DNA of 37,727 nucleotides from an uncultured bacterium (GTDB lineage Bacteria > Margulisbacteria > WOR-1 > JAKLHX01): contig CALFCX010000106.1 in the NCBI GenBank assembly GCA_937950635.1, forward strand, positions 1-37,727, read 5' to 3'. The position numbers were made by a program, and so were the translations under genes. Position 1 is the stretch's first letter, and every line of letters starts with the position of its first letter. The notes under the pieces were generated by a model. The model saw only the letters and a list, made by a program, of their open reading frames with translations, ran no database searches and was not told where the DNA came from. Positions 9,751 through 18,454 of this stretch are shown piece after piece.

Positions 9751-10790
9751 GGATAAAGAGGGCTTCTGTCAAGACCGGTCTTCTCATCAAGGCCGAATAT
9801 TATGTTCATATTCTGTACGGCCTGCCCCGCAGCTCCTTTCACAAGGTTATCGATCACGGACATCACGACCACTCTGCCGGAACGGTCATCCGCCACAACG
9901 TTAATGTCGCAGAAATTCGAACCGCTTACATACTTAGTGGCCGGGAACTTGCCTTTTTCAAGGACTCTCACAAAGTAAGCGTTCTTATAGAAGTCTTTGT
10001 AAAGGGAGTGGACCTTGTCCGTATCGGCTTTTCCAGAAAGAGTGGCATATATAGTGGCATGGATGCCGCGGTTCATCGGGATAAGATGAGGGACAAAAGT
10101 CGTCAAGATCTTTTGCGAGGACACGTCCCCGAGTATCTGGTCTATCTCGGGATTGTGTCTGTGTGAGGCAACGGCGTAAGCTCTTAAATTTTCGTTGCAT
10201 TCCGGAAAATGCGTTATATCCGTCAACGCCGCACCGGCGCCGGAAACCCCGCTTTTCGCGTCTATCACCAGGCTTTTTGGATCAATAAGCCCGCTCTTCA
10301 CCAAAGGCGCAGCCCCCAGAATGGAAGCCGTGGGATAACAACCTGGGTTGGCGATCAAAGATGCCCCTTTTATTTTGTCCATGAAAAGTTCCGGCAACCC
10401 GTAAACGGCTTCGGCCACGAGATCGGGGCTGGCATGGTCTATTTTGTACCATTGCTTGTATTCGGCCAGGTCCTTTATCCTGTAATCCGCGCTGACGTCT
10501 ATTGCCTTTTTGCCTTTTTTCAGGATAAGAGGGCAAAGCTTCATGGCAAGGCCGTTAGGAAGCGCCATGATGACAACATCAACGGAATCTATAAGGCCTG
10601 AAATATCCGGGGCCTGGCACGTTAGATCGCATATACCCGAAAGCGACGGGCGGATATCCGATATTTTTTTACCGGCATGAGCCTGTTCGCTTGAAACCCA
10701 AACGACCTCCGCTTCAGGGTGGGAAGTAAGTATTTGCAAAACCCCTACACCCGCATAACCGGCCGCCCCGACTATCCCGACTTTTATCAT
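9747..10790 (-). CDS. argC: N-acetyl-gamma-glutamyl-phosphate reductase
   Basis: MIKVGIVGAAGYAG Rossmann start, active-site context ANPGCYPT, and the C-terminal DNLVKGAAGQAVQNMN. Confidence 0.92.
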   Translation of the reverse strand: MIKVGIVGAAGYAGVGVLQILTSHPEAEVVWVSSEQAHAGKKISDIRPSLSGICDLTCQAPDISGLIDSVDVVIMALPNGLAMKLCPLILKKGKKAIDVSADYRIKDLAEYKQWYKIDHASPDLVAEAVYGLPELFMDKIKGASLIANPGCYPTASILGAAPLVKSGLIDPKSLVIDAKSGVSGAGAALTDITHFPECNENLRAYAVASHRHNPEIDQILGDVSSQKILTTFVPHLIPMNRGIHATIYATLSGKADTDKVHSLYKDFYKNAYFVRVLEKGKFPATKYVSGSNFCDINVVADDRSGRVVVMSVIDNLVKGAAGQAVQNMNIIFGLDEKTGLDRSPLYP

Positions 10791-10829
10791 CTGTCAAAAC
10801 CCTTTCCAGTTAAAAATGTGCACAACGCC

Positions 10830-11339
10830 CTAATGATACCTTTTTACCACAAATTTGGCCAGTTGCACAGGCTCTTTTTCGGAGATCCCCGCTTTTTGCC
10901 TGCAGATAGATATCTGCTGCTGCGGCGTGTCAACACCGTCCAGGTCCGGTAAAAGAAGCCCTCTCCTGCCGCCAGCAGAAACTATGACCCCGTATTTTTT
11001 CGCATCTAGCTCTGAAATATCCTTTACCGGTTCCGGAGCGGAGAGAACATCTACGGATATTTCAAGATCTTCCAATTCGTCTCCGTTCATGGGAATAAAT
11101 CTCGGGTCTCTTGTGGCTGCCGAGATAGCATTCATTATTATTTCTTTTGCTACGTTGTCCTGAGTAGGGGCAAAAGTCCCTATGCAGCCGCGCAAGGCCC
11201 CATGTCTGTGCAAAGACACAAAAACCCCCGCCCGCTGGCGCATTTCTTCGGTGAGTTCCGAAGGCGAGTCAAGGATCTTGCTCTCCCTCAAATAAAGCTC
11301 TATGGTTTTTCTGGCAAGCTGCACCAACGGATGCTCCAT
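10830..11339 (-). CDS. AMMECR1-domain protein (AmmeMemoRadiSam system protein A-like)
   Basis: GAFVSL-type stretch ([19 protein letters not shown]) and the DPRF motif, both characteristic of AMMECR1. Confidence 0.75.
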   Translation of the reverse strand: MEHPLVQLARKTIELYLRESKILDSPSELTEEMRQRAGVFVSLHRHGALRGCIGTFAPTQDNVAKEIIMNAISAATRDPRFIPMNGDELEDLEISVDVLSAPEPVKDISELDAKKYGVIVSAGGRRGLLLPDLDGVDTPQQQISICRQKAGISEKEPVQLAKFVVKRYH

Positions 11340-11341
11340 TT

Positions 11342-12142
11342 TTATTTTTCCCTCTCGTAAGAGACCACCATATACCCTACCCCGAACGGACCTTCATAAG
11401 AAAGGACATCCGGCTTGAAACCTCCTCCGTCCAAAATGCCGAGAAGTATCGCGATCGACCAAAGAGCATCCTGCCCAGCTTCTTCGGCAAGGTCGGCATC
11501 AAAATCCAATATAGAACGCGTATCGTTATTTTTCACTAGCTCTACAAGTTTTTTGTCGAATATCTCTCCATTAGGGGAGTACCCGGAAGGGGCGCTTTTT
11601 GTAAGCCTGTGCGACATATCCGCCGATCCTACGACCGCGACTTTCTTGTCCGAAGCCCGAACAACATCCGCAAAAAACATCCCGAACTCGAAAAGCTCGC
11701 TCAAAGGACTGAGCGAAACAGCCAGCGGAAGTATCTTTCCGTTGAACCCCGCTTTCCTGATGTAGTGCAAAGGGACCATAACTCCGTGGTCCAAAGAGAT
11801 GTCCGGGATAGTTTCACAACGAGGTTCTCTGCCGCGCGACCTTGAAGCCGCAGCCTCTGCAAGACCGGGATCGCCTTCACCGGACATTTTTGCGTTCGGC
11901 ACCCCGAACATCGAGAAATCACCATCAAACAAAGAAGAAGAATACAATCTGATATTTGTTTCCGATATTCTGCCGTGAGGGGTGATCAATACAACCGTAT
12001 CAGGAGCGTGAGACGCAAGTTTTTGAGCGCACGTTCTAAGGGATCTATCGGTCCGATCCGCTTCCTTTATTCTGCCGCCGCCTATCTCGGGGATGAGAAG
12101 AGGAGGATGAGGAGATATCATGCCATAAACGATTTGTCCCAT
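11342..12142 (-). CDS. LigB/Memo-superfamily (class III extradiol dioxygenase-like) protein
   Basis: The N-terminal [12 protein letters not shown] stretch, HG and SADMSH histidine-containing motifs resemble the LigB/Memo fold. It is immediately upstream of the AMMECR1 gene, with a 2-nt gap. Confidence 0.55.
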   Translation of the reverse strand: MGQIVYGMISPHPPLLIPEIGGGRIKEADRTDRSLRTCAQKLASHAPDTVVLITPHGRISETNIRLYSSSLFDGDFSMFGVPNAKMSGEGDPGLAEAAASRSRGREPRCETIPDISLDHGVMVPLHYIRKAGFNGKILPLAVSLSPLSELFEFGMFFADVVRASDKKVAVVGSADMSHRLTKSAPSGYSPNGEIFDKKLVELVKNNDTRSILDFDADLAEEAGQDALWSIAILLGILDGGGFKPDVLSYEGPFGVGYMVVSYEREK

Positions 12143-12207
12143 TGTCTGACAGTGATATTATATCAGCAAGGTCAAGACCTTGCGGCTATTTGCTATAATG
12201 CTTTCGT

Positions 12208-13563
12208 ATGACGCTAAAAATAAGCATTTCAGGCATAAGGGGCATAGCAGGAGAGTCTTTGACGGATGACGTTATAACCGGCTTCGCCGCGGCGTTCGCG
12301 CAATATACCGACAGCGGGACTATAGTCATAGGATCGGACGGGAGATTTTCCGGCACCCACATAAAAGAGCTGGTCATATCAAAACTTAACCGGAACGGCT
12401 GCAAAGTCATAGATATAGGGATAGCCCCTACTCCCACTGTACAATTATCCGTAAGGTCCCTTTCAGCTTCCGGCGGGATCATCGTGACGGCGAGTCATAA
12501 CCCGTCCCAGTGGAACGGCCTTAAATTCGTACGCAGCGACGGGATATTCCTGAACGAAAAGCAGGCGCAGGAACTGATAAGCATATATGAAAATCTCCCG
12601 GAACAACAGCCGCAGGAAAAAGAGGTGCACGGCTATGCCAGCGAGACGGACAATGGAGCGCTGGACAGGCATATATCCCTCGTCCTGAAAAAGATATCCG
12701 CGGACAGGATCCGGCAGAAAAAATTCAGGGTAGCAATAGACTGCTGCAACGGCGGGGGATCCGTAATAGCCCCAAGGCTCCTTAAAGAACTTGGCTGCGA
12801 GATAATATCCATCAATACCGATCCCGGAAAGGTCCCTTCCAGAGGGCTTGAACCGGTCCCGGCCAATTTATCGCAGCTTTGTACGCTGGTAAAGAAGTTC
12901 AATGCTGATATCGGTTTCGCGCAGGACCCCGACGCGGACCGCCTGGCGATAGTATCGGACAAGGGAGAGCCGATAGGCGAAGAATACTCTCTGGCGCTGG
13001 CGGTCATGTTCGTATTGCAAAAACACAGGGAGTCAAAAAACAAGGTCGTGGTCACAAATCTATCTACAAGCAGGCTAACCCAGGACGTTGCGGCGATGTT
13101 CGGGGCAGAGACAATAAGGACAAAGGTCGGGGAGGTCAATGTTTCCGAAAAGATAAAGGAATCCGGCTCCCTGATCGGCGGCGAAGGCAACGGAGGGATA
13201 ATCTGGCCGGAAATAGGTTTCGGAAGGGACAGCATCTCCGGCATAGGAATGATCCTCGATCTGCTCTCGGAAAGCGGAAAAAAGATATCCCAGCTGTCGG
13301 GTTCTTTCCCAAGATACTCAATGATAAAGGACAAGATCGACCTTACGGAAGGCGGCAGTGCTTCGGCCCTACTGGCAAAAGCCGAAGAAAAATTCTCTTC
13401 CGCAAAGATAGACAAGACCGACGGCATAAAGATAGACCTTCCGGAAGGATGGCTGCATATAAGGGCATCGAACACCGAACCGATAATAAGGATAATAGCC
13501 GAAGGTACCGACCCCGAGCGCACAAAAAGCCTGATAGATTCCGTAAAAGAACTGGCCGGATAA
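12208..13563 (+). CDS. alpha-D-phosphohexomutase (phosphoglucosamine/phosphomanno/phosphoglucomutase family)
   Basis: SGIRG N-terminus, active-site TASHNPSQWNGLKF, metal-binding FAQDPDADR and the GEGNGG sugar loop. Confidence 0.85.
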   Translation: MTLKISISGIRGIAGESLTDDVITGFAAAFAQYTDSGTIVIGSDGRFSGTHIKELVISKLNRNGCKVIDIGIAPTPTVQLSVRSLSASGGIIVTASHNPSQWNGLKFVRSDGIFLNEKQAQELISIYENLPEQQPQEKEVHGYASETDNGALDRHISLVLKKISADRIRQKKFRVAIDCCNGGGSVIAPRLLKELGCEIISINTDPGKVPSRGLEPVPANLSQLCTLVKKFNADIGFAQDPDADRLAIVSDKGEPIGEEYSLALAVMFVLQKHRESKNKVVVTNLSTSRLTQDVAAMFGAETIRTKVGEVNVSEKIKESGSLIGGEGNGGIIWPEIGFGRDSISGIGMILDLLSESGKKISQLSGSFPRYSMIKDKIDLTEGGSASALLAKAEEKFSSAKIDKTDGIKIDLPEGWLHIRASNTEPIIRIIAEGTDPERTKSLIDSVKELAG

Positions 13564-13566
13564 TAT

Positions 13567-14859
13567 CTACAAGGGCCGCGGATCGTCCAACAGAAGATTC
13601 TTGGGGGAATCGAGGAATTTCGATACGGCTTCCATATCTTTACCTGAACATTCGGACAAAAGAGAGATCAAATTTCGCTTGAAAGTATTCTGTGCCGATA
13701 CTAAAAAGTGGTCATTATCCGACAAAGCTTCTCTCAGACTCGAGGCCAGAAGCATTTTCAGATCGATCGGCGCATCATATGACATGACGCATGATGATCT
13801 GGCCCTTAAAACAGAATTTCCGATAACAGCGTCCAATTCCTCATAATTGCCGGGCCAATCATACGAGATGAACATGTTAAGGACATCATTTGCCGCGGCA
13901 TTGACGCTTTTACCGTATTTTGAACAATACTTTTTCATGAGTTCCGATGCTATGACCGGAATATCTTCTCTCCGCTCGCGGAGAGCCGGCGCATAGAGGT
14001 CAAAAAATACTCCTTTAAGCCGTTCGGAATCCTGTCTGGCTTCCTCGGTCTTTGACATCTTAAGGACTATCCTGGGAGCTCCGGCTGTCCGCTCTCCGGG
14101 TTTCCTTCCCGAGAAAAAATCCACTATGCTGCTCCTGAAATGTTCTGGAAGAGAGTACAATCCGTCCATGAACACCGTTCCTGCGGGGACCTGATTGCCG
14201 GATATTTCCTGAAGGTCCTCCCCTACCATCTGCTTGAACGAATTCCAGAACATCGATTCCGAAGATTCTTTTTCAAAAGAGGAAAGGTCAAGCACAGAGA
14301 GGTCTTTTTTTCTGGCCGGCCCGTTCAAATGTATTATCTCTGCAAGCTGGTGCCCAGGAACTCCCGGTTCACAGAACAGGACAATATCTTTTTCCGAGGC
14401 GGCGGCTTCGTGCAGCTGCGCCAGGAAATTATCAAGAGAAGTGCTTGCTCCTTTCCAGAACGGTCTGTAAGCTTCGGGTATAACAAGCGCGGATATATCG
14501 GAAAGGGCCGCGAATATCCTCCCTGCGGCCTGAGAAAGCTTCTCGGATTCCAACGGCTTATTCAAATAATCGGAAACGCCGAGCTTAGTGGAAAGAACGG
14601 CATGAGAAACATCGTTGAGGGCGGATACCATTATGACCTTTGCTCTGGGCATGACCGTTTTTACTGATTTGTAATGCTGTAGTCCTTGGGCGTTATCCCT
14701 GTCGTTATCTATTATTACGAGATCGGCGGATCTTTCTTTAAGATGGTCCAGGAGTTTGTCCGGTTGAGAGAATATCTTTACAAGGCACTCCGGTTTAAGC
14801 GCCTGTTCCGTTATGGCTACAAAGGCCGGATCCTGCGAAAATACCGAGACTTTTCTCAT
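13567..14859 (-). CDS. response regulator with a degenerate NtrC-type (sigma-54 activator-like) central domain
   Basis: The receiver domain is present (DLVIIDND acceptor region, YLNKP). The central domain keeps NtrC family landmarks (LRERREDIP, DWPGNYEEL). However Walker A reads EPGVPGH instead of GxxGxGK, Walker B reads FMDG instead of LDE, and I see no GAFTGA loop. Confidence 0.6.
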   Translation of the reverse strand: MRKVSVFSQDPAFVAITEQALKPECLVKIFSQPDKLLDHLKERSADLVIIDNDRDNAQGLQHYKSVKTVMPRAKVIMVSALNDVSHAVLSTKLGVSDYLNKPLESEKLSQAAGRIFAALSDISALVIPEAYRPFWKGASTSLDNFLAQLHEAAASEKDIVLFCEPGVPGHQLAEIIHLNGPARKKDLSVLDLSSFEKESSESMFWNSFKQMVGEDLQEISGNQVPAGTVFMDGLYSLPEHFRSSIVDFFSGRKPGERTAGAPRIVLKMSKTEEARQDSERLKGVFFDLYAPALRERREDIPVIASELMKKYCSKYGKSVNAAANDVLNMFISYDWPGNYEELDAVIGNSVLRARSSCVMSYDAPIDLKMLLASSLREALSDNDHFLVSAQNTFKRNLISLLSECSGKDMEAVSKFLDSPKNLLLDDPRPL

Positions 14860-14919
14860 TTGAAAAGCTCCTAAGAACCCCTCGTGCGCGGATTTTAAGC
14901 TATTATAACACGTGAACCG

Positions 14920-15660
14920 TTATTTGCTGCGCGATCTGAACACCCTTTCGGCTTCCGAAAGCTGCTCTTTTGTGTTTATCCCGATGGCGGATTGGGCATC
15001 ATCTATAAGGAAAGCGCATACCTTTTTCCTCTTGCTCCTGAGTATCGCTATGACATCGGTAAGATAGTATTCATGCTGAGCATTCTCGGAACGCACATCG
15101 TGAAGAGCGGCAAAAAGGTCCTTTGAATTGAAGCAATAGGTCCCTGTGTTTATCTCGTTGATCTCAAGTTCTCCCAGGCTCGCATCTTTCTGCTCAACTA
15201 TTTTCTCAAGATGCCCGGAACGGTCGCGGACTATCCGCCCGTATCCCTTGGGGTCGTCCATCTTCACGGTAAGAACCGTAGCCGAAGCCCCCGACCCATA
15301 ATGATACTGCGCAAGACCCTTTATTATGCCTGGATTTATCAAAGGCATATCGCCGTTGAGGACCATTACCGTAAGGTCTCTGTCCTTCAAAAAAGGCTCC
15401 GCCTGCATCACGGCATGACCGGTACCGAGTTGTTCCTCCTGAAGCACGAAAACAGCGGGATAATCCTTGAATAAGGACCTGACTTTTTCCGCCTGATGTC
15501 CTATGACCACATACGGCGGAGAGGAGAAAACACCGCGCACATTGTTCAGGACATGGTGCAAAAGAGGTTCTCCGCATATTTTATGCAGGACCTTGGGAAG
15601 ATCAGAGTTCATCCTGGTCCCTTTGCCGGCGGCAAGTATGATAACTTCGGTATCCTTCAT
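14920..15660 (-). CDS. nucleotidyltransferase homologous to the N-terminal (uridyltransferase) domain of GlmU
   Basis: ILAAGKGTRMNSDLPKVLH signature, GTGHA and NGDMPL motifs. At 246 aa it lacks the left-handed beta-helix acetyltransferase domain. Confidence 0.8.
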   Translation of the reverse strand: MKDTEVIILAAGKGTRMNSDLPKVLHKICGEPLLHHVLNNVRGVFSSPPYVVIGHQAEKVRSLFKDYPAVFVLQEEQLGTGHAVMQAEPFLKDRDLTVMVLNGDMPLINPGIIKGLAQYHYGSGASATVLTVKMDDPKGYGRIVRDRSGHLEKIVEQKDASLGELEINEINTGTYCFNSKDLFAALHDVRSENAQHEYYLTDVIAILRSKRKKVCAFLIDDAQSAIGINTKEQLSEAERVFRSRSK

Positions 15661-15756
15661 TGCTGGGATTGATTATAACAGAAGTTCTCCGCGAAAACCA
15701 TTTTAAGAGATCAAATTGACTTTAAAGGCGCCATTTAGTATATTCTTTGTAGAAAT

Positions 15757-16338
15757 ATGGACCTCGCCAAAATACGCAAGAAGCTCATGTCCGTCCTGGA
15801 CAGCGAACGTTTCGAGCATTCTCTTAACGTTGAAAGAACGGCGCGGCAGCTGGCAAAGATATACGGAGCGAATGAGGAAAGGGCCGCCCTGGCCGGACTT
15901 TTGCATGACTGCGCCAAATACATGAGCGGGAAAAAACTTCTTCTGGAGGCAAAGAAACACGGGATCCGTTTCCATTCTTCTTTCGAGAGCCAACCGCACC
16001 TCTTGCACGGCCCTGTCAGCGCCTTTATAGCCAAAGAAAAATTCGGTATACATGATAAAGGCGTGCTTGCCGCGATAAAGAACCATACTTCCGGCAGGCC
16101 TGGTATGAGCCGGCTGGAAGAGATAATATATCTCGCTGACCACATAGAACCCGGCCGTAAATACAAGAATATAAGGATGATAAGAAAAGTTTCAAAAAGC
16201 AATATAAACAAAACGATTGCTTTGGTAGCAGAGGAAATGTTAAAATACCTTCTGTCCCGCAGAAAAGAAATATACCCGGGAACTCTGACCACCAGAAATT
16301 ATTATCTAAGGCGGTCGGGCGGGATGGAGGGAAAATAA
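15757..16338 (+). CDS. yqeK: bis(5'-nucleosyl)-tetraphosphatase, HD-domain YqeK family
   Basis: RFEHSLNVERTA and LLHDCAK HD motifs, plus HTSGRPGMS and the LADHIEPGR motif typical of YqeK. Confidence 0.85.
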   Translation: MDLAKIRKKLMSVLDSERFEHSLNVERTARQLAKIYGANEERAALAGLLHDCAKYMSGKKLLLEAKKHGIRFHSSFESQPHLLHGPVSAFIAKEKFGIHDKGVLAAIKNHTSGRPGMSRLEEIIYLADHIEPGRKYKNIRMIRKVSKSNINKTIALVAEEMLKYLLSRRKEIYPGTLTTRNYYLRRSGGMEGK

Positions 16339-16411
16339 AATCGCTACCGAAACATCTTCTCCGAAAGGAAATCCCTGGAAGATCTGGTTCGTAATAGTAA
16401 CTATACTTCTC

Positions 16412-17287
16412 GTGCTGGTATCCGGGTTCTTCGGCTTTTTCACTTCATTCGTTCTGAGCAGGTTCTCGGCGTTCGAAATGCTATTTACGCTCGCTCCATC
16501 AAGCATACAGGTCCCGGAAATGAACGTACTGCTCCTGGGCGTCGACGCTTCCGGAAGAGTAAAAAGATCAGACACGATAATGGTCGCGCATATCAATCCG
16601 AAAACGAAAAAAGTCAATGTGATCTCGATACCAAGGGATACTCTGGTGGTGATCCCCGGGGTCAGGCTCGATAAGATCAATCACGCCTATGCTTTCGGAG
16701 GACCGGAGCTGGCGTGCGCAACCACATCAGGTTTTCTGGGAGTTCCCGTCGAAAAGTACATAAAGGTCAACATAAACGGTCTGGAAAAGGTGATAGACCG
16801 GCTGGGCGGAATAACTGTAAATGTGGACAAAAGGATGTACTACGTTGATTATGCGGGAGGCCTTGATATAGATCTCCAGCCCGGAAAACAAAAGCTCAAC
16901 GGGAAACAGGCTGTTGGATACTTAAGGTTCAGACATGACGCTATGGGCGACATAGGAAGGATAAGAAGACAGCAGGAATTCCTTCAAGAAGTAGCCAAAG
17001 AGATAGCCAATACAAGGAACATCGTCCAGACGTACCAGATAATCCTGGATTTCCTCAACTGCGTGGAAACGAATATCCCGAGCGCGCAGGTCTTTGCTCT
17101 GGCATCGGTGGTGAGGCAGGCTTACGAATTCGGCAATGTCGAAGTGGCATCACTCCCCGGGACCGGCACCACGATAGACGGGATCTATTATCTTCAGCCC
17201 GATATGGACCAGACCAACCGACTTGTAGAAAAATACTTAAAAGGGAAAGAAAAGTTTGACCCCACGCAAGACTACTACCCGCAGTAA
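16412..17287 (+). CDS. LytR-CpsA-Psr (LCP) family protein
   Basis: Core motifs NVLLLGVD, RSDTIMVAHINP, SIPRDT, INHAYAFGG, GYLRFRHD and DIGRIRRQQ. The start is uncertain. The frame is open back to 16310 and the TM helix (IWFVIVTILLVLVSGFFGFF) begins upstream of the GTG at 16412, but no ATG, GTG or TTG lies in that extension. Confidence 0.8.
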   Translation: MLVSGFFGFFTSFVLSRFSAFEMLFTLAPSSIQVPEMNVLLLGVDASGRVKRSDTIMVAHINPKTKKVNVISIPRDTLVVIPGVRLDKINHAYAFGGPELACATTSGFLGVPVEKYIKVNINGLEKVIDRLGGITVNVDKRMYYVDYAGGLDIDLQPGKQKLNGKQAVGYLRFRHDAMGDIGRIRRQQEFLQEVAKEIANTRNIVQTYQIILDFLNCVETNIPSAQVFALASVVRQAYEFGNVEVASLPGTGTTIDGIYYLQPDMDQTNRLVEKYLKGKEKFDPTQDYYPQ

Positions 17288-17648
17288 ACCGGCGGAAGAA
17301 AAAGCTCTCTCCTCGAAACAGCTGGCCGACCTGATCTGCAAAGGCGCCGAAAAAAAACACGCCGAAGAGATAGAGGTCATTGACGTGAGAAAAACATCCT
17401 CTGTCTGCAACTATCTGGTGGTGTGCACCGCCCAGTCCGCCCCGCAGCTTCCGGCCATAGCCGACGGCATAGACGAAGCCCTCTCTAAAAAAGGCGTGAA
17501 AATACCGCGCATCCAGGGAAAGCACGGCTCGAACTGGCTGATAATAGATTTTGTGAACGTTGTGGTCCACATAATGGGGAAAGAAGAACGCAAAAAATAC
17601 AACCTCGAAGACCTCTGGGGAAAAAGCGGGATAATCTATCACGTGTAA
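17256..17648 (+). CDS. rsfS: ribosome silencing factor RsfS (iojap)
   Basis: The segments EIEVIDVRKTSSVCNYLVVCTAQS, WLIIDFVNVVVHIM and YNLEDLW are classic RsfS. The start codon is TTG, and the gene overlaps the LCP gene end. Confidence 0.88.
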   Translation: MTPRKTTTRSKPAEEKALSSKQLADLICKGAEKKHAEEIEVIDVRKTSSVCNYLVVCTAQSAPQLPAIADGIDEALSKKGVKIPRIQGKHGSNWLIIDFVNVVVHIMGKEERKKYNLEDLWGKSGIIYHV

Positions 17649-17649
17649 G

Positions 17650-17671
17650 AAACTGGACCTGGGGGGACTCG
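17650..17671 (+). repeat. left copy of the 22-bp direct repeat (partial tRNA-Ala 3' end), attL-like
   Basis: It is identical to 32582-32603 and begins 2 nt after the rsfS stop codon. Confidence 0.85.
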
Positions 17672-17752
17672 GCCTTCGCGGTCGCATGGGCGACCGGCTT
17701 CGGGCCATGGCTGATATCCGGATAAAAGGCGAAGCTATAAGATAATATTCCA

Positions 17753-17861
17753 CCTTGCTACTTACTGCTTACTTCTTGCTCCTTAAATTTGCGAGCGGTG
17801 GGTGGAAATAACAAATTATTGCAGGTGACTTTGGTTAAGGAGTAAGAAGTAAGGAGTAAGG
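17753..17861. repeat. long imperfect inverted repeat (about 27-34 nt arms of CTTAC/GTAAG-rich sequence)
   Basis: Left arm CCTTGCTACTTACTGCTTACTTCTTGCTCCTTAA (17753-17786) pairs with right arm TTAAGGAGTAAGAAGTAAGGAGTAAGG (17835-17861). The inner 20 nt pair, with the two differing positions allowing G-U pairs. Each arm is followed by AAATTTGCGA. Confidence 0.6.
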
Positions 17862-17863
17862 AT

Positions 17864-17884
17864 AAAATTTGCGATGCAAATTTT
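17864..17884 (-). terminator. palindrome AAAATTTGC-GAT-GCAAATTTT; possible original terminator of the tRNA-Ala gene and outer arm of a recombination site
   Basis: It has a 9-bp perfect stem and a 3-nt loop, and on the minus strand it ends in a T run. It lies directly next to the TGG core at 17886-17888. Confidence 0.35.
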
Positions 17885-17886
17885 AT

Positions 17887-17947
17887 GGTGCGTCCGAAAC
17901 CTTTCCGAACTCTCTCGCTAATTATACCTAACACTATTCATGGCTGC
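17887..17947 (+). repeat. left copy of the ~60-bp inverted repeat flanking the cargo (inner arm Q of a recombinase-type site)
   Basis: GGTGCGTCCGAAACCTTTCCGAACTCTCTCGCTAATTATACCTAAC (46 nt, 17887-17932) is identical to the reverse complement of 29842-29887. Similarity continues with one mismatch and one indel through ATTCATGGCTGC. Confidence 0.85.
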
Positions 17948-17993
17948 AAGAAGAGAAATCTCGGAAGGTTGTAGCCGAGATAATGCCGGGTGA

Positions 17994-18037
17994 TTAGCCC
18001 GCTTTTTCTCCCCCACACCCCCGAAAAAGCGGGCTAA
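17994..18037 (-). terminator. strong hairpin downstream of the last cargo gene (15-bp stem)
   Basis: TTAGCCCGCTTTTTC (17994-18008) pairs perfectly with GAAAAAGCGGGCTAA (18023-18037) around a C-rich loop. It lies 12 nt beyond the stop of the 130-aa gene. There is no clean U-tract on the minus strand. Confidence 0.5.
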
Positions 18038-18049
18038 ATAAAATTTATA

Positions 18050-18442
18050 TTATTCCGATGAAATCGGCTTAGAAGCATATTTCTTACCGGTTGCATCAAC
18101 GACAAACACTTCATAAGGTACTTTTGCATCAGAAATATATTCCAAATTACGGAATACCGTATGACAATTTCTCGCTTCTAGCTTTGCAATGGGTTCCTGT
18201 AAATACAAGAATCCGTTTTCCTTATGTTTCATAAATATTTGATGAATGATAATATCCTTGTCGCCATGATTAATAACCTTAATGAACAGCTTTTCCTTAT
18301 TGTCGGAATTACCAAGCCCATCAACAATCTTTCCTTTAGATACTTGAATCTCGATCCGTGCTTGTGAATGCCACCAGGTGAAACACTGCCAACCAAGTGA
18401 TGACAAAGACAATATCAAGGCTACAACCGCAATAATATCCAT
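18050..18442 (-). CDS. 130-aa protein with a single N-terminal transmembrane helix, function unknown
   Basis: MDIIAVVALILSLSSLGWQCFTWW is a hydrophobic N-terminus. AGGAGGG lies upstream of the ATG. It is the last gene of the cargo cluster and starts 12 nt after the patatin stop. Confidence 0.6.
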   Translation of the reverse strand: MDIIAVVALILSLSSLGWQCFTWWHSQARIEIQVSKGKIVDGLGNSDNKEKLFIKVINHGDKDIIIHQIFMKHKENGFLYLQEPIAKLEARNCHTVFRNLEYISDAKVPYEVFVVDATGKKYASKPISSE

Positions 18443-18454
18443 ACGATTTCCCTC

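Noticed and set aside
12633-13523. 296-aa minus-strand ORF
   Set aside because: It is antisense to the phosphohexomutase gene, which has unambiguous active-site motifs. The minus-frame product is Ser/Pro/Ile-rich low-complexity sequence.
15703-16292. Two minus-strand ORFs (146 and 185 aa)
   Set aside because: Both are antisense to the well-supported yqeK HD-domain gene.
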